Counted from the stretch's first letter, positions 12,005-24,134 are shown. The stretch: 64,000 nt of DNA from an uncultured Nitrososphaeraceae archaeon (GCA_963837175.1 CAWIMJ010000008.1:32001-96000); one strand, 5' to 3'. Numbers and translations are program-made. The notes: generated from the sequence alone by a model not told the origin.

Positions 12005-12588
12005 AAAACGCATTACAATCTTTTTGTCTTACTTTAATCTTCTTTAACATAAGTGGCATGTCTTCTTTTACGGAATATTTCTTTTATTATATGGCACTCT
12101 AAATTACTTCTACAACATTCCATTCCTGTCGTTCTAGATTTATAAATTGTAACTCTTCTCTTATCAAATTGTGTTTCATCTTTTCTTATCAATTAATATC
12201 ACTCCAAGTCACCAAGAGTTGGGCTTGTTTTTTATTTAAGTCACCGATTCTTATTAATGCTGTCTGGTTTAGTTCACTATACTCTAGTAGTTTTAATATT
12301 ACATCTTTAATGATATAGAACCTGTCTCTCTATCTGACTCTGGAGAAGCAGACAGAGTGGTGATTAAACTTATTTATAAGCTGGAAGTATAATAATTGAG
12401 TTAACTCAAGATGATATTTTATTAGGCCACATATAATCCTCTGACTTCATAATGGGTAGTAGGTTGGCAACTCCTGCCAACTGTTTATCAAAGAGAGTGT
12501 TTTAGGCAATTCCTTTACAATTGTACTCATGGTCTGGTGTGATTCCGTGCTATTACTATTTGTATAGATGTTATCGAGGTGATATTGG

Positions 12589-13701
12589 TTATGTTACTAT
12601 TAGACGGAACTTTGCATTCTCTACAAAATCTCCATTAGTACCGCCGGAAACTGCATCTACACTTACAAGAACATCCACAGGTCCTACTTTATCGAATTTT
12701 ACTATTTGAGTGCCATTTCCATTTAGAGCTTTTTGATCCTTAACATCTTTAAGAACAGTACCATTGGAGTCTGTGATCACAAAACTATAGCTAACATCTT
12801 TAATTAGAGATTGCGAGTTGTCCATGAAAAGTACGCCAAACTTTGTATCATTACCAGCTTCTATTAATTTTGGCTCCCAAAATAACTTTATGTAATATGT
12901 TCCACGGGCTGTTTGTAAGGTTAGGGGGGGTTTTGGAATCTCTATTTGAGTTTTAGGCGTCGTAGGCTGCCCTTGACCTATTGCTAAAAGGTCAAATGTA
13001 TACTGAATAGGAGCAATCCCTGTCGTTACATCTGCAAAGGTTTGTGCTTTGACAGGATAAGGAAGATCCTTGTTTATCCAAATGTGATTGTCAACTCCCT
13101 TATGCCAAGTAATTACCTTGGTATCAAATGTGCCTGCCGGTAGCGTTACCTTTGCAGTTCCGCTTGGACCAATTGCTGAACCTCCTATGGCTGCAATTTT
13201 ACCCCAATACGCAGCACTCAATGACTGACCAGGTTTTGGAACAAATGAAGCAAGCCATTGTAGCGAATTAGCATAAGCATTTCTATAAGGCGACATTTCT
13301 TTTGGGATAGATGATGTTCCTAAAGCAGTTAAATCCAGAGCACTTAACTTGAAGGTGCCAGATATAACCTTTCCCTGATCGACAACGAACACTGGAGCAA
13401 TCCAATTTCCAGTTTTATCTAGTTGTTTAAACCAAATTGTCATTTCAAAAGGTTGGCCCTCATTAGTATCGTGTTCACTAATTTTGTATGTAAGATACAT
13501 ATTTGGTTTAGCACCTTGGCCGAGGAACCAGTTACTGTCATCTGCAGCATAAACATTTTTTATCCCAAGTGAACCAATTGTAATGTTTGTCATAATAGCA
13601 GAAATAATCAATGCAGCCACTAAAGCAAAAGAAAAGGAAGGTCTACTTTTCTTACCGACAATCTCAGTACGATCTGCTATCAATTTATTATGCATCGCCA
13701 C
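12589..13701 (-). CDS. Exported protein of unknown function with Ig-like C-terminal domain
   Basis: 370 aa, signal-like segment ending VYA, beta-rich composition. Confidence 0.75.
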   Translation of the reverse strand: MAMHNKLIADRTEIVGKKSRPSFSFALVAALIISAIMTNITIGSLGIKNVYAADDSNWFLGQGAKPNMYLTYKISEHDTNEGQPFEMTIWFKQLDKTGNWIAPVFVVDQGKVISGTFKLSALDLTALGTSSIPKEMSPYRNAYANSLQWLASFVPKPGQSLSAAYWGKIAAIGGSAIGPSGTAKVTLPAGTFDTKVITWHKGVDNHIWINKDLPYPVKAQTFADVTTGIAPIQYTFDLLAIGQGQPTTPKTQIEIPKPPLTLQTARGTYYIKLFWEPKLIEAGNDTKFGVLFMDNSQSLIKDVSYSFVITDSNGTVLKDVKDQKALNGNGTQIVKFDKVGPVDVLVSVDAVSGGTNGDFVENAKFRLIVT

Positions 13702-14178
13702 AAATTGGAACTCTTTGATGGCTCTATGGTCCTATGGCTATTTGGCTCAACTTTACCTATAGATTCTCCAGGACTATTTTTACATGTGAAAAGGAAATGT
13801 AGTTCCCCTGAGAAATATTTCATAATGTATATTATACATTTGTATTTTTAAGTATCGCTTAACTTTGTTAACTTCCGAACTTTCTTTCTGTTGAGCCAGA
13901 GAGATACCTGATTAATATTAATCAGTCTTTTTGCATTGCTGAATGCTATTACTGCAAGATACTCTAGATCTGATGCTAGTATTTTATTGCAGCGGCGGTA
14001 CTGCTGGAGGAGCTGCTGCTCGGTATGTGTGATGTTACTCTACTCCATAAACTCTTTTTAGTCCAATCGTAATTAGATACCTTCAGCGCTTCAGCAGAGC
14101 TATTATTAATTCCTTTTATATTTAACAATAAATGTTATTAACATAAATTTATATATTTATTAATTATTATGTTACGAC

Positions 14179-15189
14179 ATGAGTAAATTTACTAATATAG
14201 TAATTAGTGTTATTTTCTGCTTTACTTTAGCCTTTAATCCCTCCATAGTAACAGCTTCAAATAATAGTGCTAGTATGGAAACCAACAACAATACTAGTGC
14301 AATTGCAACATTAAAGGATCCCAACACAGCTAGTAAACTAAATGTTGTTGCTTCGTTTTATCCCATATTAGAATTTGTCAAAAAGGTTGGAGGTAATAGA
14401 GTTGAAGTCTCTAGCCTGATTCCACTGGGTGGGGAACCCCATGACTTTGAGCCTACAATACAACAGATACAGAATGCAGAAAAGGCAGATATGCTAGTAT
14501 ACAATGGCGCTGGTTTTGAGGGACCATGGATAAAGAGGATTAACGCCAAATTTGTAGTCGATAGCAGTAAGGGATTAAACTTAACTAAAAGTAGCGGTGA
14601 AGAGCCTGGTAGTAACAACGAACGTGCAGATGAGCGTGATGATAAGGCGAAGGGGACGTTTGATCCTCACATATGGTTGGATCCTGTACTAGCAAAACAA
14701 CAGGTTAAAAATATTCTATATGGACTGATAACTATTGATCCAAATAATGCACAGTATTATTCTGAAAATGCCAGAACATTTATGTCAGAACTTGATTCTC
14801 TAGATGCAGCGATAAGATCAGAATTATCTGGTTGCGAAAAGAAGGAATTCATATCCTTTCATAACGCATTTAGTTACCTTGCACATAGATACAATCTAAC
14901 TCAACTCAGTATACATGAAACAGTTTCTCCAGCAGGTGAAATTTTACCTCAACAGATACAAAAACTTATAGAGATATCCAGGAGTAAAGGAATAGATACA
15001 ATCTATTCTGAAGACTTGCTTGATCCTCGTCTTGCTAATGTTATTGCGCAAGAAATTCCTAATGGCAAAGTCCTTATTCTGAGTCCCTTGGAAGGTTTAG
15101 ACCAACAGGAACAAAAAGCAGGTATCGGATATGTTCAAAAGATGAATGAGAATATTCAAAATCTCAAAGTTGGTCTTAAATGTAAATAA
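14179..15189 (+). CDS. znuA: Zn/Mn ABC transporter substrate-binding protein (ZnuA/AdcA/TroA family)
   Basis: VVASFYP, EPHDFEP, DPHIWLDP, FHNAF.YLA motifs. Confidence 0.9.
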   Translation: MSKFTNIVISVIFCFTLAFNPSIVTASNNSASMETNNNTSAIATLKDPNTASKLNVVASFYPILEFVKKVGGNRVEVSSLIPLGGEPHDFEPTIQQIQNAEKADMLVYNGAGFEGPWIKRINAKFVVDSSKGLNLTKSSGEEPGSNNERADERDDKAKGTFDPHIWLDPVLAKQQVKNILYGLITIDPNNAQYYSENARTFMSELDSLDAAIRSELSGCEKKEFISFHNAFSYLAHRYNLTQLSIHETVSPAGEILPQQIQKLIEISRSKGIDTIYSEDLLDPRLANVIAQEIPNGKVLILSPLEGLDQQEQKAGIGYVQKMNENIQNLKVGLKCK

Positions 15190-16058
15190 AAAATAACAAA
15201 TGTATCGATAAATCTTTTTTAATGGACATAGATATGAGAGACAAGTTATCAAATATTCGGAAGCAGGAAATGATATTCAACTTTACCATAATTTTATGAT
15301 TCAGAAGACAACATAATTGATTACTGTGCAGCTGTTATAAACGAAGGATAGTAGGAAAAAGTCGCTTTCATTATTGTGGAAAATTTAAGGAATGATATCT
15401 TATCAGATGCTATATTATCTATTATTCAACTTACATTCGCATAAAAAACTTTTCAAAATTAGGTATGTGTCATAAAAGAACCAAAAATTTTCCTAACCAC
15501 ATAAGATCTTCCTCCTTGTCACACATAACTTCTTGTCATATAAAAAAATGTCCATATTTTTAGCATCTGTGTAGGAATACTTTTACTTCTTCTTAGTTAT
15601 TCTTATACATTCTTCTAGGTCCTTTGCTTTAAATCCAGCACCAATGACGTTTTTATGAGATTTGTTAGTAAAAAATCGTTTGAGATACTACCGCTCCTAT
15701 TGTTTCTAACAAGTCATGTTGAGATTTTAACTTCTAACTAGAAAGTGTCCGTATTATTATTATTAATATCTAAAATAGAAGATAATACTGCTCTTGTTCA
15801 CATAATGCTGAATATAAGAGTATTTTATTCAGAATGTCAAGTAAGCTAATGAGGCTACACTGTGACTACTATTGAGACTTTATTCTAAAAGTACTATCAG
15901 TGAGAGAAGCAATGGAGAATGATCATTGAAATAACATATAAAATGGGGCAACTATCAGTTATTTCTTTCATTTAGGATTTTTGTATTTCTATAAAAAATC
16001 AAACGAAGTATGTCATACTTGACGCATTTAAATAATGAGTTTTTGTTATTCTATACAT

Positions 16059-16337
16059 ATGGCCGCTACTGGATTCTTAGTATTTTATCGATTTAAAGCA
16101 ATGACTAGAGAAGAAACAGAAAGAGCTAAAAATCAATGGAATGGACTGAAGGATACCCTGCCTTCTGGTATAGAGCTTGTAGGAGAATATGTCCGTGCAT
16201 GGGGTACTGAATATAATGGTTTTTTGCTACTTGAAGCTGAAACGGCAGACTCATTTTTGGATTGGTGGTCAAAGTTTAAGGATACTATTAGATGGTACGT
16301 AGAGGAAACACACACAATAGTAGCAAGAAGAACATGA
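16059..16337 (+). CDS. Small dimeric alpha/beta-barrel-like protein (GYD/DUF3303-like)
   Basis: GIELVGEY..AWG.EYNGFLLLEA pattern; probable start MAATG at 16059. Confidence 0.55.
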   Translation: MAATGFLVFYRFKAMTREETERAKNQWNGLKDTLPSGIELVGEYVRAWGTEYNGFLLLEAETADSFLDWWSKFKDTIRWYVEETHTIVARRT

Positions 16338-16879
16338 TGTAATTTTATAAAGATATGCTTTTAGTTACGGAAAATACATGTAAATAGAGTTAACTTTATC
16401 TTTATATCTAAAAAAATTTTTTAACGCAATAAGAATACAAATGAATTTATAATAATGAGATTTATTCATTAATTATTAATTATCTAAAGATACTGAAACT
16501 AATAATCAAATAACAAACAAAGGATAATTGAGGATTCAACAGACTCAGAGGAATGCAAATGAAATGAGTCATCATGTCCAGACAAGTATGGAATTCAAGT
16601 CGACCCTAATACCAGTTAGTTATTATATTTTACTCGTCTCTAATACTGCAGTGCTTTCTAAAACGGGTCTGTTCTTATTACAAAAATATCACTATATTCA
16701 AATGATATTATACCATTTAAGATAGAACTGAGGAAGACGCTTTACCAAAATAGAATAGAAAACCACAGGAAAGGATGCGACAATAATTGAGTATTTCAAC
16801 CAAACACAACGATCTGAATACATAACAACAAAAATAAAAGTCCCGTCTATCAATCGTTAGGACACATTTAGACCTACTT

Positions 16880-17083
16880 TCACGTTCTGATGGTTAGAAG
16901 CTCACTATATCCCTGATTCGACGGCTGCAAAGACAAGATAACTTTGTTAAAGATTTCAAGATCCATAGCCTCGATTCCTGTTGGGCCGATGAAGAATAGC
17001 TGGAACAGGAACTTGAGCAGCGCCAAAATGACTATTATAGCCACAATGACAATGATTATGTATACTAATGTACCTAAGACCAT
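16880..17083 (-). CDS. Small membrane protein
   Basis: Long hydrophobic N-terminus, ATG start. Confidence 0.55.
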   Translation of the reverse strand: MVLGTLVYIIIVIVAIIVILALLKFLFQLFFIGPTGIEAMDLEIFNKVILSLQPSNQGYSELLTIRT

Positions 17084-17810
17084 TTACAAATCTCGTGTTA
17101 AAATAGGATATATCTATTTGAAGACAGTTTTAGGTAATATTATTCTAATACGTGACGTAACGGAGCCGTTTCAATATTGAATCGTTTGTTCGTTAATACT
17201 TAATACTGTGCAATGAATTATCATGTTAGTTTATCTAGTTCTTCTAAATGAATTACCTCATTTGCGGCAGTCCTCTAATTATATCAAATTCTCATTATCG
17301 CCATGAAAATAAAAACCCTAACCCTTATCAGAGCATTTTTCAGGTCCAACTAGGTCTAAGTAATCAAGTTAGTAATGCGGCATGCTTTAATTGCACATCT
17401 TAGGTTGCCTTGCAGCCATTAATTGTTGCTATGTCGCAAAGCTCCATTATTTTGATAGCCACACAATGACACAAGCCACAGTAAGGTAGGTAGACATGGT
17501 GGAAGGGGCAGCCAACGCAGTCTACATTAGACATGAACTTTCATCAGAGGTTATGCCAAAGCGTCAGAGTATCTTTTCCAGGAAAATAGAAAAAGCGACA
17601 TTGGCATAGAGCAATCATGGATAGGTAGGCGGTGACAATCATACAAAAAAGGCGAGTTTAGAACATAACTAGAATCATGAACATTAAAAAATGTAATGAT
17701 AAGAGCTCGAGTTGTCTATGGGAATTGCAGCCGGCTTTAGTAGGAATACAATTTCGTCAGACACCAACCGTCAATAGAGAGTCATCATTAGAATGTCGTT
17801 GAGTTCTAGT

Positions 17811-18980
17811 TCATATCTCCGAGCTTCGGGTTACTGCGAGCAGGACAGGCTGCGCGTCGATGCGAACGCGGAATAGCGTATAGGGTTTGCGGCGCAAGTC
17901 GTGTCCTCTGTGAAAGCGCGCCTGGCGGTGCAATTGGTTAGCCGTGACGTAGAGATACCCGTCCGCTGCCAGCGATAGTGTGTCCGGCCATAAGAGTCGC
18001 GGATCGTGGACTACTGTCTCCCAATTGCCCTCTGGTCGTCGCCGTAGGATAGCGTTGTGTTCGTAGTTAGTAGAGTAGATATATCCTGCCGCATCCGATT
18101 CAAGCCCGTCCGAGGCGCCGCCCCTGTCTCCCTCATATATCACGGCGGCAGCGACCTCTCTTTCGTCGCGCGACCTATCAACGAGTGCGTTCGTATCCAC
18201 GCTGTACAGCTTACGGCTGCCAAGCGGGCAGTAATACAGACGCCTTCCGTCTGCGCTGATTGCGATGCCGTCCGAGCCCATGCTGGCGCCCTGCTTTACA
18301 GATCCGTTTGGCTCATGCTCTAGCAACGGTCGCCCTTCGACAATCGGGAGAAACGTTTGTAAATCCTCTGCCTTGGTCGATGGATGGTCGTGGAGTTGAC
18401 GCCAGCTATCGCCGGACGCTAAATCCACGACGATGATTCCGTTCGGTCCCCTTTGAGCAGAGTCGGTGATGAATGCCATGCCTTCTCTGCCTCGCCGCAG
18501 ATCAAAGCGCACGTCGTTGAGATAAGTAGTCGACAGAGCCACCTCCTGTGGAAAGAGAATCTTCTTAACGACCTGATCCGTTTTCAGATCGACGCCGATC
18601 AGCTTCGGCCCACCGAATTCGGTAGGCTGGAACAGTGGGCTGCCGGTATCGAGAATCCAAAGATGGTCTGCCGGATCTACAACAACTGATTGTACTGACA
18701 CAAGCGCCGCCGCCAAATCGTCTGGGTTGGTTTGATTCATTGCCTCATCCGGGTAGGCGATCGACTCACCGTCCTGGATTTCGGCGACTGTGAATGCGAC
18801 GTCGTCGCCCCATTTTGGAAAGTTGACGAAGATCCGTCCTTGCTGCGATACCGTTACGCCAGTAGGCATCGCACCATTAAAATAAGCTACTGGCTCCAAC
18901 GCACCCACCGGCTCATCGGCTGGCAACTTTCGCGGCGAAATGTTCGTTGGCGACTTCTCTTTTCGACGACTGGTTGACAT
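17811..18980 (-). CDS. Major royal jelly protein / yellow-like (L-dopachrome tautomerase-related) beta-propeller, GC-rich
   Basis: PTGVTVS..GRIFVNFP.W, SVQSVVVD..LWILDTG, YLNDVRFD, SDGIAIS, LLWPDTL motifs; GC far above the flanks. Confidence 0.9.
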   Translation of the reverse strand: MSTSRRKEKSPTNISPRKLPADEPVGALEPVAYFNGAMPTGVTVSQQGRIFVNFPKWGDDVAFTVAEIQDGESIAYPDEAMNQTNPDDLAAALVSVQSVVVDPADHLWILDTGSPLFQPTEFGGPKLIGVDLKTDQVVKKILFPQEVALSTTYLNDVRFDLRRGREGMAFITDSAQRGPNGIIVVDLASGDSWRQLHDHPSTKAEDLQTFLPIVEGRPLLEHEPNGSVKQGASMGSDGIAISADGRRLYYCPLGSRKLYSVDTNALVDRSRDEREVAAAVIYEGDRGGASDGLESDAAGYIYSTNYEHNAILRRRPEGNWETVVHDPRLLWPDTLSLAADGYLYVTANQLHRQARFHRGHDLRRKPYTLFRVRIDAQPVLLAVTRSSEI

Positions 18981-19181
18981 GGTTTTCTACTCCTTATCCT
19001 ATGATTTAACCTTACCAACATTCAGCTTGAATGCTGCCGCATCTGCTTCTGAGATGTCTTGATTGTGCTGACTCGAATCGTTACTAAGCCGCTGGCGCAA
19101 CTACCTCCCTGTTTCTTTAGCAGAATTCCTTTAACAAAGATCATGATTCGGCCACTATTTGATGAAGGGATTCCGAAAAAA

Positions 19182-19985
19182 GGCTCTGTTAACTTAAGAA
19201 CATCATCATTATCTCATTTCGAATAAGGTTATTATGAATATCCGCAAACATACTCAACCAATTTATAACGTGATACAATTTGCATCTTTTCTTCTTCTTC
19301 TTAGTACAAGGAAAATAATAATCATCATTAAAACTTTCAGTCCTGTACTTAAAATATTGTACTGTTTCTTTCTTTCTATATATGAGATACTTTTTTCAAA
19401 TGAAGAATATATGTAGATGATGATGATGTTTTAATTTCAGAAATTTGCAGGCTTGTGATGGTGGTAGATACCATGTACCACCACCATCTGAAGATACTTT
19501 ACTTTATGTTTTCCATAATTTATTACTAAATGCTTTAGAAACTGTTCTGCTACTACTTACTACTACTACAATCATATTTCTTCTTCTTTCCAATGAAAGG
19601 TGAATTCCTAAAACTTACTTCCTTATTTATTGGATGGTTCTATAATAGCAACGAATCCATAACCAGAAATAGTCCTTGCCTATTTGAATGAATTAGGGTT
19701 TCATCAATGATAAATTCAGAAATCCTTTTTCTTTTACACAGTATATTTTTTGGGGATTATAATGATGCTGCTGTAACCACTTTTAAATTGAAACATGACT
19801 TCTTTTTTTAACAAATGGAGATAAAGCTTTTGTGGACGTATCTCTAAAAGATAATCCTAAAAAATAATATAAGTATAACCCATAACAAACGTACTTTGCA
19901 GACGTTCTGTTTCTTTTAAATAAATATGTGCATAAAAGAAGTAGGATTCATCCAGCTATAGATTTATCGCAAAGTTAACGGAGCC
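19182..19985 (-). mobile_element. IS6-family element, degraded transposase, both terminal inverted repeats present
   Basis: TIRs GGCTCTGTTAACTT (19182) and AAGTTAACGGAGCC (ends 19985); minus strand reads RNRTSAKYVCYGLYLY..GLSFR..SHVSI*KW, FIIDET, DGGTWY with stops and frameshifts. Confidence 0.85.
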
Positions 19986-20194
19986 TTTCGTTTCATAATC
20001 AGTTATAGTAGATACACGCTACTATACATACGAACTTTTATTTTTTAGTACTGTCATAGCAATTACTTGTTCTCTTTGTAAAGCAATAATCCAAAAAAAA
20101 ATTTTCACGTAAAGCTTAATAGATATTAGTCCTTCGCTCCTCTAAGATAATTGCCGCTGTTACTACCACCCCTCTTCAAATAACAAAAAATAGT

Positions 20195-20984
20195 TTGAAA
20201 GATATCCCTGATAATATTAGATTAAGTATTATAGAGTATACAAAACAATTTGAAAACAGAACAATATCACTTTTGATAAAATGTGAGGAAGATGTTAACT
20301 TTCAGAAGAAGTTGGATCAGGCAAATCGGGAGTTTTTCTATTATATTTTTCAGACAATATCAATAGTTTTAAAATACCCAAATGCAGTTAATATCCTAAA
20401 GAAAGTAGCTGAATCTTGTTATTCTAACTCTCTAGAATTAGAGAATAAAATTGTCTTCTCAAAGAAAACGAGATTAGCGAAAGATTCAAATGATCTACCG
20501 ATCGCGAGAATATTGTTAAAGTCCGTAAGAGTATTACGAAACTATGTCATCTGTGTTAATAATAAAAAAATAGACTGTATTAAATCTGAATACTATGCGT
20601 CTATACTGGAATCGTATGGTAATATTTCAGTATGTATCGCTGCACTGCGTATGATTTTTGGCGGAAAAGTTAGAGCCTCCAATTCTAATACTCAAACTTA
20701 TCAAGGCTTGTGGCATCCATGCAGAAAGGTCAAAAGATTATTTGGAGATCATAATAAAAGGGAACAAATCCGGACAAATTTATTCTACCAAAGTAGTTAA
20801 TGATATGGATAGTAGAATCAACATAGCTAGAAGTAGTGGACTAAAATCTATTCCACAATTTGATCTAAATGCAATATTCAGGCTAGATGGAATTATTGGA
20901 AGACAGTTAATGTCAAATGGTAAATTAGATTCAGTTGAAATAATCAAATCAATAAGAGAGAGTGTTACCAGTGGATGGCGATGA
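20195..20984 (+). pseudogene. Frameshifted helical protein upstream of PIN gene, possible antitoxin
   Basis: Two overlapping ORFs (20195, 20658); C-terminal DSVEIIKSIRE resembles VapB-type tails; overlaps the PIN start. Confidence 0.45.
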
Positions 20985-21587
20985 TGGTGATCATTATGAA
21001 CCACAGGCAAAAGATTTAACATATATTGATACTACCGTCTTTTTAGCTTATTTACTTGGAAATGCTAATGACCCAAAACAATATCCTTTAGCCAAGGACT
21101 TTTTTATAGCATTAGCCAACAGTAAAGAAAATCAAGGTGCAAGAAAAAGACAAGGAATCCTATCAATTCTAGTTTTGATAGAAATTCTTGCTGCTCTTAG
21201 AGGACAGAAGACTAAAGAATTTGAACTTTTAAAATCTATCACTTCTGAGACCAAGCGCACAGAGTATGTAATAAGTGAGGCTAACAAATACCCCAAATTC
21301 AATATATGGGGCCTTTAAATATTGATGTTAACAATCTTCTATATTCAACTTTTATCACTTTATCTAATATTAGAGATTCAATCAAATTTCTCAATCGATG
21401 TCGGCACTGTGGAACGAAAAGAACCTACAAATTTCTTGCTGTTCATAAAATTGTGGGTAGCATTGATATTATTCACGTACTGCTAGCGAAAGAACTAAAA
21501 TGCAATGAATTCGTGACACTTGATCATTCTTTTGAAGAAATTAAAATGTATATGCGGCCACTAAAAATAAAAATTCTCAGATCATAA
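20962..21587 (+). pseudogene. PIN-domain (VapC-like) ribonuclease, frameshifted
   Basis: YIDTTVF (first Asp), LVLIEI (Glu), D.IHV.LA..L.C.EFVTLD (C-terminal Asps) split over ORFs 20962 and 21306. Confidence 0.75.
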
Positions 21588-21794
21588 CATAAGAAGTCTT
21601 CATTAGGACTTAATTTGTGACGATATCTCATGGCTACCGATCTGCTTTTGTATAAGTATAGCCTATCCTATCTTGTAATAAATATCACCAATATATAGAG
21701 TTCAGTGTCAACCAAAGTAATAGATAAGAAATTTGTTAATTACCAATGATATAATCTGTATTATAATATTTTAGTCTTTTTTACATTTTCAATT

Positions 21795-22250
21795 TTAATA
21801 TATCTCCTCAATATGATGAATTCCCTGATCTTCTTGTCTAACTTCTTTCATGTAATGCGAATGAATATCTCCATCATCATAAACCTGAGCTGCTTTCAAA
21901 TAGTTGCGTTGTGAATCATCATCAGGTGATTGCGAGATGGTGGCCATTACGTCTAAATGAACAGGAGATTGAGAAGGCAACAACTCTCTAATAGACATGG
22001 GTATATCGTCACCCATTTCATCTGTGCTATAATAAATGTTCAAAGCAAAGAATCTCCCACCAATATTTCCCAATTCAATAATTGTTGGTTTAGCTTGTTC
22101 CTTAGCAGTTTCTTGTGCAGATATTACTGATCGGATTTTATCATAATTCAATTCAAGAGATCTAGCTAATTTCTCTTTGTCTTCTTCAGAGAAAGGCTTG
22201 CCTAATTTATTGGTTAATTGTACAAATGAATTTTCTATTCGTACAAGCAT
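21795..22250 (-). CDS. Hypothetical protein
   Basis: 151 aa ATG-started ORF with natural composition. Confidence 0.6.
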   Translation of the reverse strand: MLVRIENSFVQLTNKLGKPFSEEDKEKLARSLELNYDKIRSVISAQETAKEQAKPTIIELGNIGGRFFALNIYYSTDEMGDDIPMSIRELLPSQSPVHLDVMATISQSPDDDSQRNYLKAAQVYDDGDIHSHYMKEVRQEDQGIHHIEEIY

Positions 22251-22805
22251 AAAGTATTATATCTACACGAATATAAAAAGAGAAAAGTCAAATTTACATG
22301 TCAGCCTTTCTTTGATTTTAAGTCTTTCATATTCTTTTTATGTAAAAGATGAAGCAGAAGAAGAAGAGCATGTTTTTGTCCAAGCAATAAAATAGTAGGA
22401 CTATGTTCTTTGTAGTAATACAAATACTGCTCTGATGATATTATCCTTCCAAAGGTAATTGAGCTATTATTTCAGAAGTTCAAAGCAAGAAGAGAAGTTC
22501 ATCCTCTAATGGTCTTTGATAACTTAAAGAAGGAATTTCAAGTAGAGCTAGAGGACTAGTAAACTTTGATGGCTGAGAGAATAATAATTATCTAGAAACG
22601 ACCTCTGGAAGCGGCCTATTCAATTATTCGTCGAATCAATACATGCCCTTGGTTGTACTTAGAATGAACTACTTATCTATCACAACCCTCAATGAATACA
22701 ATTTTTAGTCGTTATTACCATTTTATACCAGGGTTATAATCTAAAAGATATGAAGAGAACTACTGCTCTTGCTGCCAATTCAACAACAATAATAAAAAAA
22801 AATAC

Positions 22806-23123
22806 TTGACGCTAAGAGAGATCACACCTCAATGGTTCGAACGGTTAAATAAGATATTTAATGAAAATGATGGGGATATTGTCAACGAACTATATTCTGA
22901 AATTAATGATTATGCAAGATGCATAGTAGGAGAAGCATATGGATACGACTCGTCATATGTTATACAAGGAACTAAGAAGTATTGTCAGGAATGTGTTGCA
23001 ATGAGTGGTAGACTTTCTTACGCACTTAGACGATACAATAAACCCAAACTTGAAGAAATTATAGATATATTTACAAAGCATTGGAATGAAAAACATATTT
23101 TTCAAGAAGAATTAACGGGATAG
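22806..23123 (+). CDS. Conserved Cys/His hypothetical protein (CIVGEAYG..CxxC..HW family)
   Basis: ITPQW, CIVGEAYG, CQEC, HWNEKH motifs, recalled from a multicopy Nitrososphaera family. Confidence 0.65.
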   Translation: MTLREITPQWFERLNKIFNENDGDIVNELYSEINDYARCIVGEAYGYDSSYVIQGTKKYCQECVAMSGRLSYALRRYNKPKLEEIIDIFTKHWNEKHIFQEELTG

Positions 23124-23921
23124 AATCTATGCAATATGCGCTCATACATTGTTGAGAGTAGATATTCTTCAAAGGATCAAAGTTGTATAGATAGTACAAG
23201 ATATAATTGCAATAAACTTTTCTCTGGAGAATGAGGAAGACTGCTCTTGCTGCTACTGAGAAATATGTAAAGGTTGCCAGAACAAATGAAATTGCCAATA
23301 AATAGAAGTAGGCATGTATAACTGGACATAAAAGAGATACTAAATAGCAATTTGACCCGAGCCGTCCTGCTGAGAACGTTGCCGATGATCATTTTGATAC
23401 ATAAGAGAAAAAAATATTCGTTAATAATTTATCTTGTCAGAAGATAACATAGTTGTTGGTCATAAACACAGTAGTACTGGAATCTCAAAAGATGAGGATG
23501 ACGCTTGGCAACCTCCCTCCCATCCGGTAGGTAATTAAATCGTACTAAATTGAGATTCTGTTAACGAAATATACTCAGCATGTAATGAGATAAATAATTA
23601 CGGAATATGTGTTATTGGAGAAGAACATGTATTTTGATAATCTTATGCCATCTAGAAAATAATAATAATAGTTGTCAAGATTGTAATGCATCTAGCAATA
23701 ATTTTGCCTTATATCTAAGACAACCTTATCATCAAAAGGTTGCGTACATTTTAGGAAATTAAAAAATACAGGCGATATACTAAAATGCAGAGATTATAAG
23801 CATTATTATTGTTATTAGACCTTCATATTAACATGATGTAACGTTGTCCTTTGCTTTTCTATTAGGTCTCTACTGTCTAATATCATATTTAATTTAGAAT
23901 TCCTAGTATCCTAATTTATTT

Positions 23922-24134
23922 TCATTTTTTTGAGAAGTGTCCTTTGTGAGTCGTAATGTATAGCTGCTTGGGTTCAACAAATTGCAAAAGGCCTTTATCT
24001 ACCAGTTCTGCTAGAATTTTTCTTAATTGGGCATCCGAAATAGATAAACTATCCTTCATCTTAGCTTTTGTGCTTCCGTTTTTAGAGCACTTCAGTAATT
24101 TAACAATTGTATCTTCTCTACCTCCAAGAGCCAT
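23922..24134 (-). CDS. Winged-helix transcriptional regulator
   Basis: STKAKMKDSLSISDAQLRKILAELVDKGLL...YITTHKG. Confidence 0.75.
   Translation of the reverse strand: MALGGREDTIVKLLKCSKNGSTKAKMKDSLSISDAQLRKILAELVDKGLLQFVEPKQLYITTHKGHFSKK

Noticed and set aside
18057-18977. Plus-strand ORFs 18057, 18453 and 18732
   Set aside because: Antisense shadows of the GC-rich MRJP gene
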